64,000 nucleotides of DNA from Eledone cirrhosa (taxonomy: Eukaryota). The stretch's first letter is position 1; every line of letters starts with the position of its first letter. Shown here in pieces: positions 41,321-53,699 of this stretch. The position numbers were made by a program, and so were the translations under genes. Under the pieces are notes generated by a model. The model was not told the DNA's origin and made no database searches. It saw nothing but the letters and a program-made list of their open reading frames with translations. Location of the stretch: positions 88,288,001-88,352,000 of the forward strand of contig OZ024744.1 of NCBI GenBank assembly GCA_964016885.1. The letters are read 5' to 3'.

Positions 41321-41572
41321 GAATGGAAAACTGAGAGAGGGCGCTTGCCCTTGTGGTCAGGGTGGCTGTGGTCTTTTGTGTGGTTTTCGCCACGAGTGAA
41401 CATTGGAAGTTTCCCCCCTGTTGGGGAATTTTTGTTTGAAGTTTTTTAATACTTCTATATTCTTGTTATAACCTTTTTACAAGGCCTAAACCCACTTCGT
41501 ATCGTCCTGTATCATTCTGTCCGGTCTGTAATGTTTTTCTTCATGTTAGCCCCTGTGGCCGACAAAGAAACC
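41321..41572 (+). mobile_element. Tx1 subfamily B, 3'UTR-only fragment
   Basis: Matches the 3'UTRs of L1 and R4. Confidence 0.85.
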
Positions 41573-43053
41573 TTCGGAGCTAAATTCCAATTTGAACTTT
41601 GCATATAGCAAATAGGTCCCGCCAAAATAAACATAAAAAATAAAAATGACGTCATTCAAAAAATCTATTTCCATGCCATGTATTCACTCAAAAATTACCC
41701 ATTCAGCAAGATATCCTTCTCAGCCTTTTTCTTCGTCCAGCTGTCAGCGTGGGGCCTCGCTTTCCTTTTCGTCTTCTTCATCGTCTCATAGTGAAGCGAA
41801 TGCCACTCCTCTCTTTTCTCCATCAAGTAGCAGTCGTGAAGCGGCTACTGCTGATACATTTGACACATTTGACACAAAGAATCCAGCAATAGGCAGCGTG
41901 GTCTCGCTTTCCTTTTCCTCTTCTTCATTGTAAAATTCAGGCGAATGCCACTCTTTCCTCTTCACCAACGGCAGCCGTGAAGCAGCTACTGCTGATACAT
42001 TTGACAAGAAGGGAAATAGCAGCAGCAGCGGCAGTATTAGCAATAACACCTGTAGTAGCAGTAGTAGCAGCGGCAGTATTAACAATAACACCTGTACTAG
42101 CAGTAGCGGCAGCAGCAGCAACAACACCAACAACACCGTTTGTACCAGTGGGAACAACAAGACCAGTAGCAGCAATAGCGGTGGCAACAATGGCGCCACT
42201 GAAAAAGAGACCACCTCTTTTGCAAAGGTAACTTGCAAAGTAGAAACAATCAATCATGACCACAGAGGAGGAGATGGCGGTCGCAAGACACATGGTAACC
42301 AGAACTGAATTTTCAGTGTCCTTGAAACCACCAACCGACTTCCTGGAGGAACAAGAGCGACGCACAGTGTCATATCGCACGATTGAGACGAAATCGCGTC
42401 GTGTGGAGAGAGCCTCAAAGGCTCAAATCCAGAAGGCCTTGGGAACTGTGTGGGCACGGAAAACCCACATCACCCGTGGCAAGAAATATGCTACTGTGGA
42501 CGTCCTTTTTGCTACCTCCCAGGAAGCAGAATCGCACTCATTGAGGACCCTACGGAGTGATGACATAACGCTAATCCGTTTTACTGCGGGAAAAAAATTG
42601 TAAAGGTCAAGGTAACCCAGGTCCCACCTTACGTACCCGTGTCTTGGCTGGTCATGTCTGTTCTAGCGGGTATCGAAGATAAACCAACCATTCTGCAGGT
42701 ACAGAAGTTGGGGAGAGAGGACTGGTCCGGTATTGAAATGGAGATGCTTATCCAAACCGACCAGGACTGCATCAGCGCTATTCCCGACGTAATAGAGCTC
42801 GGGATTGGCTCCCAACTTCCCATATCTGTTGAAGGAAGGCGCCCAAAGTGCTTCAACTGTGGACCAAATTTCACCTCAGGGCTTTCTGCCCACAGAAAAT
42901 AACAAAGACCAAGGTCACCCTCCTTCCAACGCCGGAACGGCTGCCATCATAAACGGAGCAGTAAGCGAAAAAGTCGGGATCTTTTACAGAGAATGGTAAG
43001 ACAACCTCCGTGCCAGGAGCGGTAAACCAGGCTCCACCACCACCACCACCACC

Positions 43054-43085
<32 letters not shown>

Positions 43086-46000
43086 CAACAACAACAAAGA
43101 CAAATGAGAGGGTAGAACTCATAACCCTCCCCGACCTCTCTCAGTCGGATATGGAGTATGAGGCGGCTAGGGAGTAGAAAACGGTTATTATTTTAAAAAA
43201 AAACAATAAAAAAAACGAAAAAACACCACAGTTCCTCCCTCCAAAAGCGAAAACAAAGAAAGAAGACTAAAGATTGCGAGGTGACTTGCAGCAAAACCAC
43301 CAAAATCTCCATCACCACCAACAACAACCACACCACACCAGCAACACCAAAAACACCAACATCACAAACACAACAAAGCACACATACCCAACAGCAACAA
43401 CAAGAAAGCAGCAACATAACCACCCCTCCCCTCCCCCAAAAGTACACATCCATAAACATTGCACAGCAAGGACTAATGGAAAACATAAAACACCACACCA
43501 ATATTTCAGACGTAAATTACCAAACCCCACCAACACCCCACCAACACCAAGAACATTGTAGAAATTGAACTCGAAAACTACAAACAATTATAACAAAAAT
43601 TCACCAACGCAGTTGGGGATTTCAGGGGGTCACTCTCCAAAAGAATCTACAAAGATATCGTCTTGGAGCCACCCATGACCAGCCAAAGAGACGGTTCTAC
43701 TGTCACCACACGATCAGGGTAAGTGATCCTTTCTCACTTACCCCCTTTTTCATCCAACATGGCAGTACTTAGAATAGGCAGTATACATGTACGTTGCATG
43801 TGGTCATCTTGGAAGCAGGGTCACCTTCCCGACCACTTCAGGTCACTAAACATAGATGTGGTGGCCATCAGCCAGACCAGAATCTCCGAAGCACGAGCCT
43901 TCGCACCGATCTTCGGCGGCGACGATGTATACGCATCTCCCAGTCGTCCAGGATCGGGGGAGGGGTTGCCGTCCTTTTTCGGAGAGGCTTGGATCTCGCC
44001 ATACGGGCCATCTTCCTGGACCCAGAAGGTAAGTCGGTGGTGTGGGCGTGACCGGCAGTGAAGGTAATGCTTTCAGCCTAGTAGCCGTCTCCCCCCTAGC
44101 AGGGGCAGGACGGCCAGATTTCTTCAGACGTCTAGAGACCTTTCTTGGTACGTCCCGCTCCTTTGTATTAGTGGGCGACAGGAACGGTATCTTAGATGTA
44201 CGCTGGGATTATGTGGGGCTAGTATACAGGACAGGAGGGTGTAAAGGCCTCAACAACATGCTCAGACGTTTTGAACTGTCTGACAGGTATAGACTGAATT
44301 ATCTGAATGTGCCAATGTGGACATGTGCAAACCGCATCGGGTCATCCAGATCGTATTTAGATAGGGTATTCTGTAGGGAAACAGATAAGGCTAGTGTAAG
44401 TTGTCCAGAATTTGAAGTAGTCGACTACACGGACCACAAATTTATGACCTGTGGGATTGACTTAGATAGTCTCCATAGGCAAGGGCCCGGCTACTGGAAG
44501 CTGAACGCGTCTTTCCCGGCGCGCAAAGCGTACAGAGACCGTATTAGCGAATTAGTTAAGCGTGCGTTGACGGGTGCGATCGTCAACAACAGGTGGTGGT
44601 TTACCCTGAAAAGGGCAATTAGAGTAGAATCGATAAGGTTTCGCAAAGGAGTAGTGATAGAGGAAAATAGAGTAGAGGGAGAGCTAGTTAGAAAAAGAGA
44701 AGAGGCGTTTAGGACAGGCATCGCAACCGACGTGCTTGCGCCGAGATTGGCACTCGACCAATTCTTCAACACAAAGCATGAAGGAGGCGTTGTCAGAGCT
44801 AGAGCTAGGGGACGAAGACGTTCAAATGGGCCCCGGTGGTGGAGCCGCGACGTGGCAATAAGTCCACAATACGCACTTTGCCTGATCAAAATACGCGCAT
44901 ATTGCTCGAACCCGAGCAGATGTGGGCGACTTTTCAACAGCACTTTGCTCGATTGTTCGGGGGGCGGCGGCGGGAAGCATCTGAGTATGGATTTCGGTGC
45001 ATACCTCGACGGACTGCCGCGGCTGTCAGCGCAGTGCTGCGAAATGCCGATAACAGCAGGTGAAATACGGGAAGCGATGTCTTTACTGCACGAGGGGTAA
45101 ATCACCAGGATTGGATGGTCTACTCTACGAACTTTATGCGTACATGCCAGACTTGTTCGGCGACCTCTTGTCAGGTGTCTACTGCAACTGGCAGCAGAAC
45201 GGGAGCATTCCCAGTTTTGTGAACCGGGAGCGGAGGCGCTGCTCAGAAAAGACCCGAACAAAGAGGACGTTATAGACAATTTCAGGCTCATAACTCTGCT
45301 AAACACTGAGTTCAAGATTTTGGCCAAGGTTTTAGCAAAAAAGATTGGCGCTTGTCGTAGGTGATCTGGTGGGAGAGGCGCAGATATGCGACATTCCGGG
45401 CAGATCCATCCACGAAAACTCCATCTAATGCGATACATTATAGAGAGGGTGGTTAAGGAACATCGCACGGGTGGGACCCTGAGCAACTTGAATCAATCTA
45501 AAGCATTTGATATTGTCGACCATCGGTACCTGGCTGCGCACCTCGAGACGGCCGGCTTCGGGTCTGTTTTTAGAGGCTGGATCGCTAAGATGCATAGCAA
45601 GATCTGCTCGATTGTGAGGGTGAATGGTCACCTGTCGCAGCCGTTCAGCATCATGCGCTCGGTCCACCAAGGTTGTCCCCTCTCGTACCTCTTGTACGTA
45701 CGGGCCCTCGAGCCATTACTGCACAAATTGGAGACCATCAGGGGGGTGGGTACCTCGCGAACTGGGATGCGGGAGACCTGTGTCAGCTTACGCTGCAGTC
45801 CTGGATCAGGAAAAGACCGAGGGATAGTGCTTGGAAGCTGGAATATCTCCAAGCGCTCACCGCACTCTACCAGCTGGGCACTGATATCGGTGGAACATCC
45901 ACCTTGGCGTTCTATAGGAGGCTTGTGGAGTGGAAGAGCGACGATGTTCCTGGGGAGACCCTGGGCGTCAAAGACGATCAGCTGTTTTCTCTCTTCAAGA

Positions 46001-46739
46001 GAACTTTCAGTCCGAAGCCTATGGCCTACTTCCAAAATTCCCTGGCCTGGCAGTGCTACCGGGGAGAGTTGGCGGTTCGGGATAAACTCTACAGGCACGG
46101 AGGTGCTGTCAGCCGAGCCTGTCCGAGATGCGCGCAGGGCGACGTAACCGTCCTGCACGCACTCGTTCAGTGCCCGAGCATTGTTAACTTGTGGAGCTAT
46201 GTCGAACAGTTGCTGTCGCGTGTAAGACTGATTCGGTTATTGGCTGAGTCCGTTGTGCAGATAGCCTCGCCATCCTCCTTTAAAGAGGAGGAAGAGCAAG
46301 CAGTCTTCATCTACCTGGTGGCCATGACGAAAGAGATTGTGTGGTGGACAAGGTTGAAAGGGTTAAAGATGGACACTTTCCTCTCCGGCCAATCCCTGAT
46401 TAACTTTTTCAAGTTTCATTTGAAGAGGAAAATCAAGGTGGGAAGGCAAGTGCTATCTCCTAGTAAGTGGGTGAAAGTGGCGAGTCTGGTCCGAGTGAGT
46501 ATGAGTATGAGCCTGTATACTGAGGTGTGGGAAAACTGAGAGAGGGCGCTTGCTCTGGTGGTAATGGTGGCCGTGGTCTTTTGTGTGGTTTTCGCCACGA
46601 GTGACCCTTGGGTAAATTTGGTTGTTTTAATTTTAATTTATTTTACACGTTTCTGTCTTTTATAAGCCTTTTACACGGTCAAAACTGTGCCGCCTGTAAT
46701 GTTTTTCTTCATATTAGCCCATGTGGCCAATAATGAAAC
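41573..46739 (+). mobile_element. Tx1 subfamily B copy R4 (ORF1 about 41646-43726, ORF2 about 43759-46520), disrupted, internal RT deletion
   Basis: ITRGKKYATVDVLF, CFNCG; MAVLRIGSIHV; SYLDR; jump from SAYA to LQSW near 45792. Confidence 0.93.
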
Positions 46740-47867
46740 TACGTGGAGGGCTGGGCATGCCGTGGATGATGATGCGCAGACACGCGCTCTGGCTACGACA
46801 TCTCCACCTCTTCCTCGACGGTGATCAGGTGTGGTCGCCGTTTGCTAGACGCGTCTTTCCCCAGCTCGTCTCCTTGACGGAGCTGCAGTCCTGGGTCAAG
46901 CGAAGACCGAGAGGGAGCGCTTGGAGACTGGAATGTCTTCAGGCGCTAACAGCCCTCGACCAATCGGGCAATGTTATCGGTGGAAACTCCAACTTGGCGT
47001 TCTATAGAGGATTAGTGGAGGGGAAGAGCGACGACGTACTTGGGGAAACTCTAGGCGTCGACGAAAATCAACTAGCCAATCTCTTCGGAAGTACTTTCGG
47101 GCCGGGGCCTATGGACAACTTCCAGAAATCCCTGGCCTGGCAGTGCTACCGAGGAGTTTTGCCAGTTCGGGATAAACTCTACAGGCATGGAGGTGCCGTC
47201 AGCCGGGCATGTCCGAGATGCGCGCAGGGTGACGAAACCGTCCTGCATGCACTCGTCCAGTGTCCGAAAATTGCTGACTTGTGGGTTTATGTCGAACACC
47301 TGCTGTCCCGTGTAGGACGGATCCAGCTATCAGCTGAGTCCATCGCGAGGATTGCCCCGCCCTCTTCCTTTAGCCGGGAATGGCAGGCAGTTTTTATCTG
47401 TCTGGTGGCCATGGCGAAAGAGATAGTATGGTGGACACGTTTGAAAGGGCTGAAGACGAGCACTTACCTCTTCGGTGATGCCCTGATTAATTTTTCAAAT
47501 TTCATTTGAAAAGGAAAATCAGGGTAGAGAGGAAAGTGCTCTCTTCCCAGCATTTTGTTGAAAGATGGGTGAGAGAGGCAAGAATGGCCAGAGTGAATGG
47601 GCCTTCCCTGAGTATATGTCTTTAAATTAAAGGTGGAAAACTGGGAGAGGGCACTTGCCCTGGTGGTCAGGGTCACTGTGGGCTTTTAATGGGCTTTATC
47701 CACAAATGTCCTTCGGAAGTCTTCCCCCTATTGGGGAATTTTTCATTGTTATTTTTATTACATCCTCTATTTTTTTTTACACGCAGATATGCCCATTTGT
47801 ACCGTCCTGTATTGTCCTGTACTGTCCTTAATGTCTACTTTATGTAAACCCTTGTGGTGAATAAAGA
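46739..47867 (+). mobile_element. Tx1 subfamily C 3' fragment
   Basis: LRGGLGMPW...CPRCAQGDETVLH, type C 3'UTR. Confidence 0.92.
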
Positions 47868-48171
47868 TGCGCCTATAGGCTAGCTAACTTGAGGAGAGGA
47901 GTGCTCTCCCTGGGTGCCCTAGAAGCGCAGGGTGGTTCAGGATTGGTGGGGTACCCGAATCACCCCAGGGTCGTCCACCCCCTATCGGGGAATTTATTTT
48001 GTTATATTTATGCATAGATTATTTTATATTTTTATATTTTCATTGTTAAATTAGTCTTGCGATTGTGCACTTTTACTCGACCTTATTGTAAACCCCCACT
48101 GTCCCTGTCTTTGTATTGTCCCCTACATGTCGGCCCTTGTGTCTAATAAATGAAATCATTATTATTATTAT
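47867..48171 (+). mobile_element. Tx1 subfamily D, 3'UTR-only fragment with (ATT)n tail
   Basis: Near-identical to 41014-41310. Confidence 0.9.
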
Positions 48172-48920
48172 AGTTGCATTTATCTTGCTTTATGTTCATA
48201 CGAGTTATCACGAAGTCACAACCAGTGACCTCAAGAGACAACAAGGTCCGCCATGTTCAAGAAAGAACATACATATTCACACATGCATCTTTAGTGTTTA
48301 GACTTGTGATGTACTTATATTGACAGAATCTTCCTTAGTATATGGGCAGTTCCCATTAGTACTATCTTTTGTATTTCTCCTATACGCGGGTTTCCTGGGA
48401 TTTGCGATAAGTAATCATTAGACCCCTTAGGTATCATTCCCAGAGCGCCTACAACCACTGGTATTGTTTTAGTTCTCAATTTCCACATTTTTCCAATTTC
48501 TATCTCCAGGTCCTTATACTTGCTCAATTTTTCAAATGTTTTTATAGATACATTCTTGTCTATTGGAACAGACATATCAATTAGCAGGCATACCCTCTTT
48601 TGAAAGTCCTTCAATATTATATCAGGTCTGTTTGCATCTATTTTTCGGTCTGTTTGGATGCTAAAGTTCTACAAGATTGAGATGTGATCTTTTTCAAGTA
48701 TGGGAGGTGGTTGATGCTCCCACCAATTCTTTTGATGGGGCAGGTCAAAATGCTTACACATTATCCAATGTATGTATTGTGCAGCTCTGTCATGCCTGTT
48801 TAGGTATTCGGTTGGAGCTATAGGACTGCACATTGAAATTATATGGTCAATGGTCTCTGGTTGTTTTTTGCATACACGGCATAATGGGCTGCACCCATTT
48901 TTTATTATGTTGGCTTGGTA
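48172..48920 (-). mobile_element. R4/Dong-like RLE retrotransposon 3' fragment A
   Basis: CRVCKKQPETIDHIISMC (CCHC), RHD, NRPDII, IDMSVP, EKLSKY, PVVVGALG; (TAA)n tail. Confidence 0.88.
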
Positions 48921-49875
48921 CACAGCCCTCGACCAATCGGGCAATGTGATCGGTGGAAACTCCACCTCGGCGTTCTATAGAGGATTAGTGGATGGGAAGA
49001 GCGACGACGTACTTGGGGAAACTCTAGGCGTCGACGAAAATCAACTAGCCAATATCTTCGGAAGTACTTTCGGGCCAGGGTCTATGGACAACTTCCAGAA
49101 ATCTCTGGCCTGGCAGTGCTACCGAGGAGCCTTGCCAGTTCGGGATAAACTCTACAGGCATGGAGGTGCCGTCAGCCGAGCATGTCCGAGATGCGCGCAG
49201 GTCGACGAAACCGTCCTGCACACACTCGTCCAGTGTCCGAAAAATGCTGACTTGTAGGTTTATGTCGAACACCTGCTGTCGCGTTTAGGACGGATCCGGC
49301 TATCATCTGAGTCCATCGTGAGGATTGCCCCGCCCTCCTCCTTTAGTCGGGAAGGGCAGGCAGTTTTTATCTGTCTGGTGGCCATGGCGATAGAGATAGT
49401 ATGGTGGACACGTTTGAAAGGGCTGAAGACGAGCACTTACCTCTTCGGTGATGCTCTGATTGACTTTTTCAAATTTCATTTGAAAAGGAAAATCAGAGTA
49501 GAGAGGGAAGTGCTCTCTTCCCAGCATTTTGTTGAAAGATGGGTGAGAGAAGCAAGAATGGCCCGAGTGAATGGGCCTACTCTGAGTATATATCTGTAAA
49601 TTAAAGGTGGAAAACAGGGAGAGGGCACTTGCCTTGGTGGTCAGGGTCATTGTGGCCTTTTACTGGGCTTTCTCCACAAATGTCCCTCCGAAGTCCCCCC
49701 CCCCCCCCCCCTATTGGGGAATTTTTCATTCTTATTTTTTTGTTACATCCTCTGTTTTTGTTTTTTACACGCAGAAATGCCCATTTGTACCGTCCTGTAT
49801 TGTCCTGCACTGTCCTTAATGTCTACTTTATGTAAACCCTTGTGGTTAATAAAGAAATCATTATTATTATTATTA
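48921..49875 (+). mobile_element. Tx1 subfamily C 3' fragment
   Basis: TALDQSGNVIGG...TLSIYL*, type C 3'UTR, (ATT)n. Confidence 0.92.
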
Positions 49876-51024
49876 TCTGCTGTCAACACCCGCTACGTGG
49901 AGGGCTGGGCATGCCGTGGCTGATGATGCACAGACACGCGCTCAGGCTACGACATCTCCACCTCTTCCTCGACGGTGATCAGGTGTGGTCGCCGTTTGCA
50001 AGACGCGTTTTTCCCCAGCTCGTCTCCTTGACGGAGCTGCAGTCCTGGGTCAAGCGAAGACCGAGAGGGAGCGCTTGGAGACTGGAATGTCTTCAGGCGC
50101 TCACAGCCCTCGACCAATCGGGCAATGTGATCGGTGGAAACTCCACCTTGGCGTTCTATAGGGGATTAGTGGAGGGGAAGAGCGACGACGTACTTGGAGA
50201 AACTCTAGGCGTCGACGAAAATCAACTAGCCAATCTCTTCGGAAGGACTTTCGGGCCGGGGCCTATGGACAACTTCCAGAAATCCCTGTCCTGGCAGTGC
50301 TACCGAGGAGCTTTGCCAGTTCGGGATAAACTCTACAGGCATGGAGGTGCCGTCAGCCGGGCATGTCCGAGATGCGCGCAGGGCGACGAAACCGTCCTGC
50401 ACGCACTCGTCCAGTGTCCGAGCATTGCTGACTTGTGGGTTTATGTCGAACACCTGCTGTCACGTGTAGGACGGATCCAGCTATCAGCTGAGTCCATCGT
50501 GAGGATTGCCCCACCCCCTTCCTTTAGCCTGGAAGGGCAGGCAGTTTTTATCTGTTTGGTGGCCATGGCGAAAGAGATAGTATGGTGGACACGTTTGAAA
50601 GGGCTGAAGACGAGCACTTACCTCTTCGGTGATGCCCTGATTAACTTTTTCAAATTTCATTTGAAAAGGAAAATCAGGGTAGAGAGGGAAGTGCTCTCTT
50701 CCCAGCATTTTGTTGAAAGATGGGTGAGAGAAGCAAGTATGGCCCGAATGAATGGGCCTTCTCTGAGTATGTGTCTGTAAATTAAAGGTGGAAAACTGGG
50801 AGAGGGCACTTGCCCTGGTGGTCAAGGCCACTCTGGTCTTTTAATGGGCTTTCTCCACAAATGTCCCTTGGAAGTCTCCCCCCCCTATTGGGGAATTTTT
50901 CTTTGTTATTTTATTTCAACCTCTGTTTTTTTACACGCAGAAATGCCCATTTGTACCGTCCTGTATTGTCCTGCACTGTCCTTAATGTCTACTTTATTTG
51001 AACCCTTGTGGTTAATAAAGAAAA

Positions 51025-51081
<57 letters not shown>

Positions 51082-51091
51082 TATTATTATT
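49875..51091 (+). mobile_element. Tx1 subfamily C 3' fragment with open C-terminal frame and long (ATT)n tail
   Basis: ORF 49842-50780 open from ICCQHP to the stop; (ATT)n at 51026-51091. Confidence 0.94.
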
Positions 51092-52085
51092 GCTGTTCTT
51101 TGAGTCTCAGTCATTGATGTTAGTTAATTGGAAAGTTTGTTGAAATGAATATCAAGCCACTACCTGCAGCCTCAGACATTCAGGATGTATCGGAGGGTTC
51201 TTGCTGTTCCTAGCAAGCATGCCATTTGAAGTGTTCCAAAAAGTGGGGCTGGAATAATCTTCTTTAACCATCCTAGGAAACTCTTTGAGATAGTACCTAG
51301 TGCGCCTATGACAATCGGGACCACTTTGACTTCATGACAGTTCCAAATCCTTTTTACCTCCCACTTTAAGTCCTGGTATCGGTTGATATTTCCCCTCTCC
51401 TTTTCTTGCACTCTCGTGTCAAATGGGTAGGCTACATCCAAAATCAGGCACGATCTTTTTTCCTTGTCCAAAACTACCAGGTCAGGCCTATTGTGTTCTA
51501 ATTTCTTGTCCGTCTGTATCCTAAAATCCCATAGCACCTTCACCTGATCGTTTTCTATCACCGATTTTGGCTTATGCTCATACCACTTCTCAGAATGTGG
51601 TAAATTATTTACTTTGCATAGATGCCAGTGGATCACCTTGCCTATCACATCTTCTCTCTAGCCTTTATAGTGAGTCTGGGCTAGGTGTTTACACTCGGAT
51701 ACAATGTGAGCCACATTCTCCTCGCTCTCTCTCCACAGATCCTACACATTGAGCTATCTTCCTACTTGTCAATATGGTGTTTCACCCACTCCGTTCTGAG
51801 AGCTTGCTCTTGCGCAGCCATTAGCATTCCTTCTGTAGCTTTTTTAAGATCTCCTATTTTTAGCCAGTTCCATGTCTGTGGATCTCCGAATTCCGTTTTC
51901 TTAAAGGTGCTATAAAGGGATTTTTCATGAAGGATGCTCTTCCTCCCTGCTGTTATTTCCTTTTTGGACATCCCCTTGTCTATTGTCTTCTCCTTCAGTA
52001 CAATTTTGAGCATTGGCTCCCTACTGTCGGCCACATATTTGTACAGGTTGTTTTTATCCATCTGAACAGAGTCCTCTATGCTGAT
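51092..52085 (-). mobile_element. R4/Dong-like RLE retrotransposon 3' fragment B (different family from A)
   Basis: TEGMLMAAQEQALRT; VLWDFRIQTD, NRPDLVV, LDVAYP, PIVIGALG; (TAA)n tail. Confidence 0.88.
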
Positions 52086-53699
52086 AGACGATAAAAAGAG
52101 GGATACATTAGACAACTTCAGACCCATAACTCTGCTCAACACAGAGTTTAAAATTTTGGCCAAGTTGTTAGCAAAGAGATTGGCGCTTGTCGTCGAGGAT
52201 TTGGTTGGGGAACTTGTGCAATCCCAGTCAGGTCCATACACGACAATCTCCCCCTCAAGCGATATATCATAGAGAGGGTAGGGTGTAAACCTGGCTTCGG
52301 TGGGGCACTGATCAATTTAGATCAATCGAAAGCGTTCGATAGGGTCGACCATCGGTATCTGGAGTTTGTCCTCAAAGCAGCTGGCTTCGGCCCTGTCTTC
52401 AGAAGCTGGATCGTTACAATGCACAGCGACACATGCTCGGTGGTCAAGGTTAAGGCCACGCCATCGGAACCATTTCGGCTCTCCCGATAGGTCCGTCATG
52501 GGTGCCCTCTCTCTTCCTTTCTGTACGTATTGACTCTCGAGCCTTTACTGCGGAAGCAGACCTCCAGTTGGAAAAGAATTGGGGCGAGGTATCGAGCTGG
52601 GTAGCCAGTCTCACCCAAAAATGGGCTGGGGGGAATCCATCACTGAAATGTTGCGCGGAGGTGGCAAATGCTTACATCGCGTCCGTCATCTACTACTGGC
52701 ACCTGGAATGTTGCCAGGCACTCACTTCCCTCTACCAAGCGGGCAATGTGATTAGTGGAACTTCCACTCTCGAGTTCTATAGAGGATTAGTGGTGGGCAA
52801 GTGCGATGACGCACTCGGAGAAGCTTTGGTCCTCGACGAAGTCGAACTGACCAGTCTGTTCCGGGTGACTTTCGAGCCGGGGACGATGGACAATTTCCTG
52901 AAATCCCTCGTTTGGCAGTGCTAACGGGGGGCACTGCCGGTTCGGGATAAACTCTACAGGCAGGGAAGTGTTGTCAGACGGACTTGCCGCCCTAGATGCG
53001 CACAGAGCGACAAAACCGTTCTGCACACACTTGCTCAGTGTCCGTGCATTACTGACTTGTGGAGTTATGTCGAACAGCTACTGTCGCGTGTGGAACGGAT
53101 CCGGCTATCGGCCGAGTCCATAGTGAAGATCGACCCCCCGCCTTACTTTGGTCAGGAAGAGCAGGCAATTTTCCTCTGTCTGGTGGTAGTTGCGAAAGAG
53201 ATTTTATGGTGGACCAGACTGAAAGGACTAAAGACAGACACTTTTCTCTTCGGCCAATCCCTCATCAACTTCTTCAAGTTTCACCTGGAAAGGAAGGTGA
53301 GGGTGGAGAGAGAAGTGCTGCCCCCCAGCACATTTGCTGAAAGGTGGATGAATGTGGCGAGCATGGTCCGTGTGAATGGGCTTACTGTGACCATGCACCT
53401 ATAGGCTAGCTAACTTGAGGAGAGGGGTGCTCTCCCTGGGTGCCCTAGAAGCGCAGAGTGGTTCAGGATTGGTGGGTACTCGAGTCAACCGAGGGTCGTC
53501 CACCCCCTATCGGGGAATTTATTTTGTTATATTTATGCATAGTTTATTTTAGATTTTTATATATTCATTGTTAAGTTAGTCTTGGCATTGTGCACTTTTA
53601 CTCGACCTTATTGTTAACCCCCACTGTCCCTGTCTTTGTATTGTCCCCTACATGTCGGCCTTGTGGCTAATAAATGAAATCATTATTATTATTATTGTT
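52080..53699 (+). mobile_element. Tx1 subfamily D, 5'-truncated, two internal deletions
   Basis: DNFRPITLLNTEFKIL; jumps near 52557 and 52696; type D 3'UTR and (ATT)n. Confidence 0.92.

Noticed and set aside
44491-45486. 331-aa minus-strand ORF and similar antisense ORFs over Tx1 ORF2
   Set aside because: Shadow frames of the LINE coding sequence; extents are inconsistent between copies.
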